Assembly: GCA_964016885.1 (NCBI GenBank) | Contig: OZ024740.1 | Location: forward strand, 364,002,001 to 364,066,000 | Length of the DNA stretch: 64,000 bases | DNA from: Eledone cirrhosa | Lineage: Eukaryota | Direction of reading: 5' to 3' | Shown here: one piece after another, positions 62,055 through 64,000 of the stretch | Position numbering within the stretch: position 1 is the stretch's first letter | Layout of the letters: each line of letters begins with the position of its first letter | Notes under the pieces: model-generated | What the model was told of the DNA's origin: nothing | Database searches by the model: none | The model's input: only the letters and a program-made list of their open reading frames with translations | Translations under genes and position numbers: made by a program

Positions 62055-63158
62055 AAAAATAAATAAAAATTTTATTTCTCGCCCTAGCAGAACTGATACA
62101 TAAATGTCAGTATGCACATGTACACACATATATATGTATATACACACACACATATATATATACACACACATATATACATATGTACGTATGGGTTATATCG
62201 AACATTAATAATAATATTCAATTTGTTTGTAAACAAATGGCCCGATTAAAACTGTGCCATGCCGATGACAAATTATTACTCGTTTGTTCAACACTGGCAT
62301 TGAGGAACAATCAACATGTTTCTGGGTAATTAACCTTCATCAGGACAGGTTACCTCTGCAAGTCTGTTGAACGGTTGAAAATATATAGTATTTTCTTAAG
62401 TACACATCGGCTGAGTAGTCCCTTTTGCATACCAAGCGAGTTACAGCTGACCATGCCAAAAACTAAAAATAACATTAGAATTTATTTCTCGCCCTAGCAC
62501 AATATAGCCCATACATACATATGCATATATATATGTGTGTGTGTATGTGTATATATATATATGTGTGTGTTTGTGTGTGTATATATATATATATATGTGT
62601 GTGTACATGTGCATACTTACATTTATGTATCAGCTGTGCTAGGGCGAGAAATAAAATTTTAATTTTATTTTTAGCTTTTGGCATAGTCAGCCATAACTCA
62701 CACATGCATACGTACATACATACATACACATGGGAACAAGGTAGGCTTACTAGTAACAAAAGATTTTACATACTCCTTATCACTTTTAACTCATTTCAAT
62801 TTGCCTTGAAAACCAAACCAGAATATATATATATATATATAAGGTAAATTAATACCTTTTCTATATTATATGTAATTGATTCTCGTGATTTTTCTGTAAA
62901 GGTATTAAAAACAACATCCTTTGGAGAAGAATGAAACATGTAAATCAAGTAAATAATGTATTAATTGTTATATATATATATATATTCTTTCTGAAAGCAT
63001 AGTAATGATAAATAATGCAATATTTTTCTCATTTTTAGGACCACAAAATTCTTGTGAGGAAAATGAGTTCCATTGTGACAACAAAGCTTGTATTGATTCC
63101 TCTGAAATATGTGATCTCAGCAATGATTGTGGTGATAGTAGTGATGAACGCAACTGTG
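6554..63158 (+). CDS. MAM and LDL-receptor class A domain-containing protein (MALRD1-like), partial multi-exon gene, 22 exons
   Basis: 22 AG/GT-bounded exons with compatible phases join into one open frame. MAM motifs (CxFE..CGW, DHT, FWYYMYG, IALDDI) occur 7 times and LDLa motifs (CD...DC.D.[SD]DE..C) twice. Orthology to vertebrate MALRD1 cannot be established here. Confidence 0.93.
8653..8909 (+). CDS. exon 2 (MAM1 core)
   Basis: tag|GGTCAT...CAG|gtaaga; GSYIY...[17 protein letters not shown]; phase 1-0. Confidence 0.92.
9681..9771 (+). CDS. exon 3 (MAM1 C-part)
   Basis: ttcag|ATATTT...ACAC|gtatgt; [30 protein letters not shown]; phase 0-1. Confidence 0.9.
9894..10180 (+). mobile_element. 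tRNA-derived SINE
   Basis: Pol III A box TGGCCTGGTGG and B box GGTTCAATTCC; near-collinear copy at 25015-25302; partial copies at about 6725, 32010 and 56510. Confidence 0.8.
10360..10479 (+). CDS. exon 4 (MAM2 N-part)
   Basis: cag|GTTCATGTGAT...ACAG|gtacca; [11 protein letters not shown]...PDHTSG; phase 1-1. Confidence 0.9.
11450..12240 (+). mobile_element. degenerate RTE LINE RT fragment
   Basis: [22 protein letters not shown]; many frameshifts. Confidence 0.8.
12389..12550 (-). repeat. inverted duplicate of exon 3 plus upstream acceptor region (9604-9771); weaker homology continues to about 12930 vs about 9270
   Basis: Reverse complement matches exon 3 except a net 3-nt loss (GATC>T) and one A>G. 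Confidence 0.92.
13123..13394 (+). CDS. exon 5 (MAM2 core)
   Basis: ttag|GGCATT...CAG|gtgtgt; GHYIY...CLRFWYHM...GDQGNMW; phase 1-0. Confidence 0.9.
13637..13737. mobile_element. Tc1/mariner-like MITE
   Basis: TA|CAGGGTGTCCC...GGGACACTCTG|TA. Confidence 0.65.
14099..14293. mobile_element. hAT-like MITE with 6-bp TSD
   Basis: TIR CAGACCTGCCAAC/GTTGACAGGTCTG; TGATCT on both sides. Confidence 0.65.
14790..15278 (-). mobile_element. CRE-like non-LTR retrotransposon 3' fragment (restriction-like endonuclease)
   Basis: [13 protein letters not shown]...LIWDAT..DT...AEERKINKY...PVAIETLG...[10 protein letters not shown]. Confidence 0.7.
16543..16771 (+). CDS. exon 6 (MAM2 end + MAM3 start)
   Basis: ttcag|TTGCAA...TCAG|gtaaat; IALDDI...[10 protein letters not shown]...DHTT; phase 0-1. 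Confidence 0.93.
18199..18378. repeat. tandem duplication of an about 88-bp GT-rich unit
   Basis: GCATGCCCGCACAGATAAG...GAGCACATG occurs twice. Confidence 0.85.
18871..19926 (-). mobile_element. RTE LINE family A 3' fragment
   Basis: ORF 19376..19840; 3'UTR and (CAT)n tail as at 374. Confidence 0.9.
19955..22122 (+). mobile_element. Penelope-like element (RT thumb, Cys linker, GIY-YIG endonuclease) with inverted 3' duplicate
   Basis: LPVLD...YAKPM...SGY; CxxxxCxxC; VVYSIRC...YIGET..NEH. 20011-20746 is the reverse complement of 21390-22122. (TA)n on both sides. Confidence 0.9.
21926..21968 (+). ncRNA. minimal hammerhead-like motif in the Penelope pLTR (mirror at 20169-20211, -)
   Basis: GTCA-CTGAAGA-G-GTCACA(GAATG)TGTGAC-GAAA-GAAC-TT-TGAC. 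Confidence 0.55.
22281..23422 (-). mobile_element. degenerate RTE LINE (family C)
   Basis: [22 protein letters not shown]; (CAT)n tail. Confidence 0.85.
23857..23982 (+). CDS. exon 7 (MAM3)
   Basis: ttcag|GTCATT...GAAG|gtaggt; GHYMYID...[11 protein letters not shown]; phase 1-1. Confidence 0.9.
25015..25302 (+). mobile_element. tRNA-derived SINE
   Basis: A box TGGCCTAGTGG and B box GGTTCAATTCC; matches 9894-10180. Confidence 0.8.
25700..25957 (+). CDS. exon 8 (MAM3 end + Thr/Pro linker)
   Basis: caag|GTATGG...CAAG|gtaggc; GNQGNIW...FEGVRG...DIALDDI; phase 1-1. Confidence 0.9.
26054..26362. repeat. about 95-bp unit array (CCTATCATTAAAACAC...CCTACATAGGTGTGAGCTGTAA)
   Basis: About 3 units; related units at 1-86, about 36380-36665 (inverted) and 56617-56815. 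Confidence 0.7.
26380..27292 (+). mobile_element. old RTE-like LINE fragment (family D)
   Basis: [12 protein letters not shown] and QVKKFKYL remnants; (GAA)n tail; inverted 3' pieces at about 40950-41250 and 50760-51420. Confidence 0.7.
27966..28112 (+). CDS. exon 9 (MAM4 N-part)
   Basis: ttcag|ATGTCT...TTTG|gtaaga; [10 protein letters not shown]...DHT; phase 1-1. Confidence 0.9.
28759..28879. repeat. near-perfect hairpin (58-bp arms, 5-nt loop)
   Basis: 28759-28816 vs 28822-28879, 2 mismatches. Confidence 0.9.
29878..30383 (-). mobile_element. RTE family A 3'UTR with internal tandem duplication
   Basis: Matches 18871-19260; GGACTGTCTGGCGGG... block repeated. Confidence 0.85.
30811..31067 (+). 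CDS. exon 10 (MAM4 core)
   Basis: tacag|GACAAT...AAA|gtaagt; CITFWYYM...GTQGYHW; phase 1-0. Confidence 0.92.
31226..31847. repeat. inverted pair of SINE-like repeats (31226-31385 / 31684-31847)
   Basis: Reverse-complementary arms; further copies at about 14505, 32732 and 35880. Confidence 0.8.
33104..33191 (+). CDS. exon 11 (MAM4 C-part)
   Basis: tatag|ATTTAC...ATAA|gtaagt; [29 protein letters not shown]; phase 0-1. Confidence 0.9.
33605..34358. repeat. inverted-repeat element flanked by (TA)n, probable Penelope-type relic
   Basis: 33605-33718 vs 34212-34327 inverted; 34135-34189 vs about 34303-34358 inverted. Confidence 0.6.
34362..34763 (-). mobile_element. RTE family B 3' end
   Basis: Near-identical to 650-1045. 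Confidence 0.85.
36902..37039 (+). CDS. exon 12 (MAM5 N-part)
   Basis: ttag|ATGAAT...TTTG|gtaatt; [11 protein letters not shown]...GPTIDHT; phase 1-1. Confidence 0.92.
37237..38428 (+). mobile_element. degenerate CR1-like LINE
   Basis: Collinear with 4358-5260; YLDFAKAF motif; stops and frameshifts. Confidence 0.88.
39016..39272 (+). CDS. exon 13 (MAM5 core)
   Basis: atcag|GCCATT...CAG|gtaagt; GHYMY...[10 protein letters not shown]; phase 1-0. Confidence 0.92.
40518..40752 (+). CDS. exon 14 (MAM5 end + MAM6 start)
   Basis: tgcag|GTGTTA...TCAG|gtattt; IALDDV...[10 protein letters not shown]...DHT; phase 0-1. Confidence 0.92.
41632..45325 (-). mobile_element. near full-length RTE LINE (APE endonuclease + RT), disrupted
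   Basis: GTINVSTM...[24 protein letters not shown] (APE) followed by RT YADD; TATCATCATCAT at both ends. Confidence 0.9.
45545..45860 (-). mobile_element. RTE-like LINE 3' fragment (another family)
   Basis: [20 protein letters not shown]. Confidence 0.6.
46133..46395 (+). CDS. exon 15 (MAM6 core)
   Basis: ttcag|GTTCCT...GAA|gtatgt; GSYLLIES...[10 protein letters not shown]; phase 1-0. Confidence 0.92.
46530..47268 (+). mobile_element. degenerate RTE LINE (family C)
   Basis: [17 protein letters not shown]. Confidence 0.8.
47270..47960. repeat. degenerate minisatellite, about 36-40 bp unit (GTGTATCTGGTTTAGAATAGxTACAC)
   Basis: More than 15 recurrences of GTTTAGAATA-like cores. Confidence 0.85.
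48272..48353 (+). CDS. exon 16 (MAM6 C-part)
   Basis: ttcag|ATTGTT...AACG|gtaagt; [27 protein letters not shown]; phase 0-1. Confidence 0.88.
49125..50744 (+). mobile_element. RTE LINE family A 3' half
   Basis: ORFs 49135..50350; (GAT)n tail; reverse complement of the copies at 374 and 18871. Confidence 0.9.
51571..51675 (+). CDS. exon 17 (LDLa, 4-Cys variant)
   Basis: tctag|TGACAG...TGTG|gtaaga; [30 protein letters not shown]; phase 1-1. An in-frame alternative acceptor lies 6 nt downstream. Confidence 0.88.
52890..53285 (+). mobile_element. old RTE 3' fragment
   Basis: RGRPRKT remnant; (GAT)n tail. Confidence 0.6.
53344..53481 (+). CDS. exon 18 (MAM7 N-part)
   Basis: aacag|GTTCCT...CAAG|gtaggt; [11 protein letters not shown]...GPSTDHTLG; phase 1-1. 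Confidence 0.92.
54442..54567 (+). CDS. exon 19 (MAM7)
   Basis: tgtag|GATGGT...AGAA|gtatgt; GWFAYI...CELNFWYHI; phase 1-1. Confidence 0.9.
54770..55088. mobile_element. hAT/Charlie-like MITE
   Basis: CAGCAGTCACTAACCT...AGGTTGGAGACCGTTG; degenerate 8-bp TSD CTTTAAAG/GTTTAGAG. Confidence 0.6.
55559..55689 (+). CDS. exon 20 (MAM7)
   Basis: aacag|GAATTT...TAT|gtaaat; ...[19 protein letters not shown]; phase 1-0. Confidence 0.85.
58082..58166 (+). CDS. exon 21 (MAM7 C-part)
   Basis: tgcag|CTTCAA...CCAA|gtaagt; [28 protein letters not shown]; phase 0-1. Confidence 0.9.
59181..61556 (-). mobile_element. hAT-superfamily (hATm-like) DNA transposon with fragmented transposase
   Basis: TAGG...CCTA ends; perfect 8-bp TSD ATGTGCAC (59173-59180/61557-61564); inverted subterminal AGCATGCTATTTTC. 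Confidence 0.85.
59387..60229 (-). pseudogene. transposase C-terminal part (280 aa open); N-terminal pieces frameshifted up to about 61160
   Basis: [17 protein letters not shown] and NICAERAVK motifs. Confidence 0.8.
62310..62346 (-). ncRNA. minimal hammerhead-like motif in an inverted-repeat relic (about 62065-62700)
   Basis: GTC-CTGATGA-AGGTTAATTACCCA-GAAA-CATG-TT-GAT on -; palindromic CATG. Confidence 0.5.
63039..63158 (+). CDS. exon 22 (canonical LDLa)
   Basis: ttag|GACCAC...TGTG|gtatgt; [35 protein letters not shown]; phase 1-1. Confidence 0.93.
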
Positions 63159-63194
63159 GTATGTATTACATATATGTATATATACGTATATACA

Positions 63195-63600
63195 GAAGAC
63201 CCGCCTCACCTAAGTACAAAGTGAAACCTACTACAGTCAGTAGGCACCTCTAACAAAATACACCCCCGTCCCACTACCCTCACCCCATCCACACCACCCC
63301 TTTCAATGTAAAGTTATGTTGGTACCACAACATCCAGTCCGAAACAAATGAGGTCGTGTAGGTGTCACGACAAAAAAACACACAGTCCACGCTGTAATGT
63401 GGCCGTGTAGGTAACACGGTAAAAACCTCCCAGTCCACACTGTAAATGTGGTTGGTGTTAGGAAGGGCATCCAGCCGTAGAAAACCCGCCAGACAGTCCT
63501 ATGCGAGCAAGACAACCACTCTTGCCTCAAGTGAGAAAACTCCCGTCCAAACCCATGCAAGCGTGGAAGATGGACGTTAAATGATGATGATGATGATGAT
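63195..63600 (+). mobile_element. RTE family A 3'UTR
   Basis: Matches 50330-50744; (GAT)n tail. Confidence 0.85.
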
Positions 63601-64000
63601 ACATACAACCATATTTGTTGTGTTGATTTTCAATATGTCTTATATAGTTATATAGTGAAATATATTTGGTTAAATAAATATAGTCAAAATACATTTCTAG
63701 GGATGATTTCTATCAATCTATTGATACAAAACAATTGAAATATTGAACTTTAATTTTATTCTTTCCCTCTAATGTTACTCAAAATCTAGTATAGAGGAGT
63801 ATGAAATGCCTATGATTCCCAGACAATCTTGTTGTTAACTCCTGAGTCAACATTAACATTTCAAGATAGCATACTATCGAGATAGGTTAGATTTAACTGT
63901 TTGGAAGTCCTATCTTTTTATGGCAATGCCATTTCATCTTTCTTGTGGTGTGCAATGCTGCATAGTAGTGAAACATTGGCTGCGACTACAGAGAACATGT

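Overview
AT-rich animal genomic DNA. The (TA)n/(CAT)n microsatellites, RTE LINEs and tRNA-SINEs suggest a coleoid cephalopod such as octopus, but that is inference. The whole window lies inside one + strand gene for a MAM and LDL-receptor class A domain protein (MALRD1-like). I traced 22 internal GT-AG exons by hand (6554-63158, 3648 nt, one continuous frame of about 1216 aa) encoding 6xMAM-LDLa-MAM-LDLa; the start and stop codons are outside the window. The introns hold RTE, CR1, CRE-like and Penelope retroelements, a solo LTR, an hATm-like transposon, MITEs and SINEs. Most notable: (1) a near-perfect inverted copy of exon 3 and its acceptor in intron 4, which can fold back on the exon and leaves a single A:C mismatch at an Asn codon, a candidate ADAR editing-complementary or splicing-control element; (2) several minimal hammerhead ribozyme motifs inside fold-back Penelope relics. 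Repeat boundaries are approximate unless a TSD is given.
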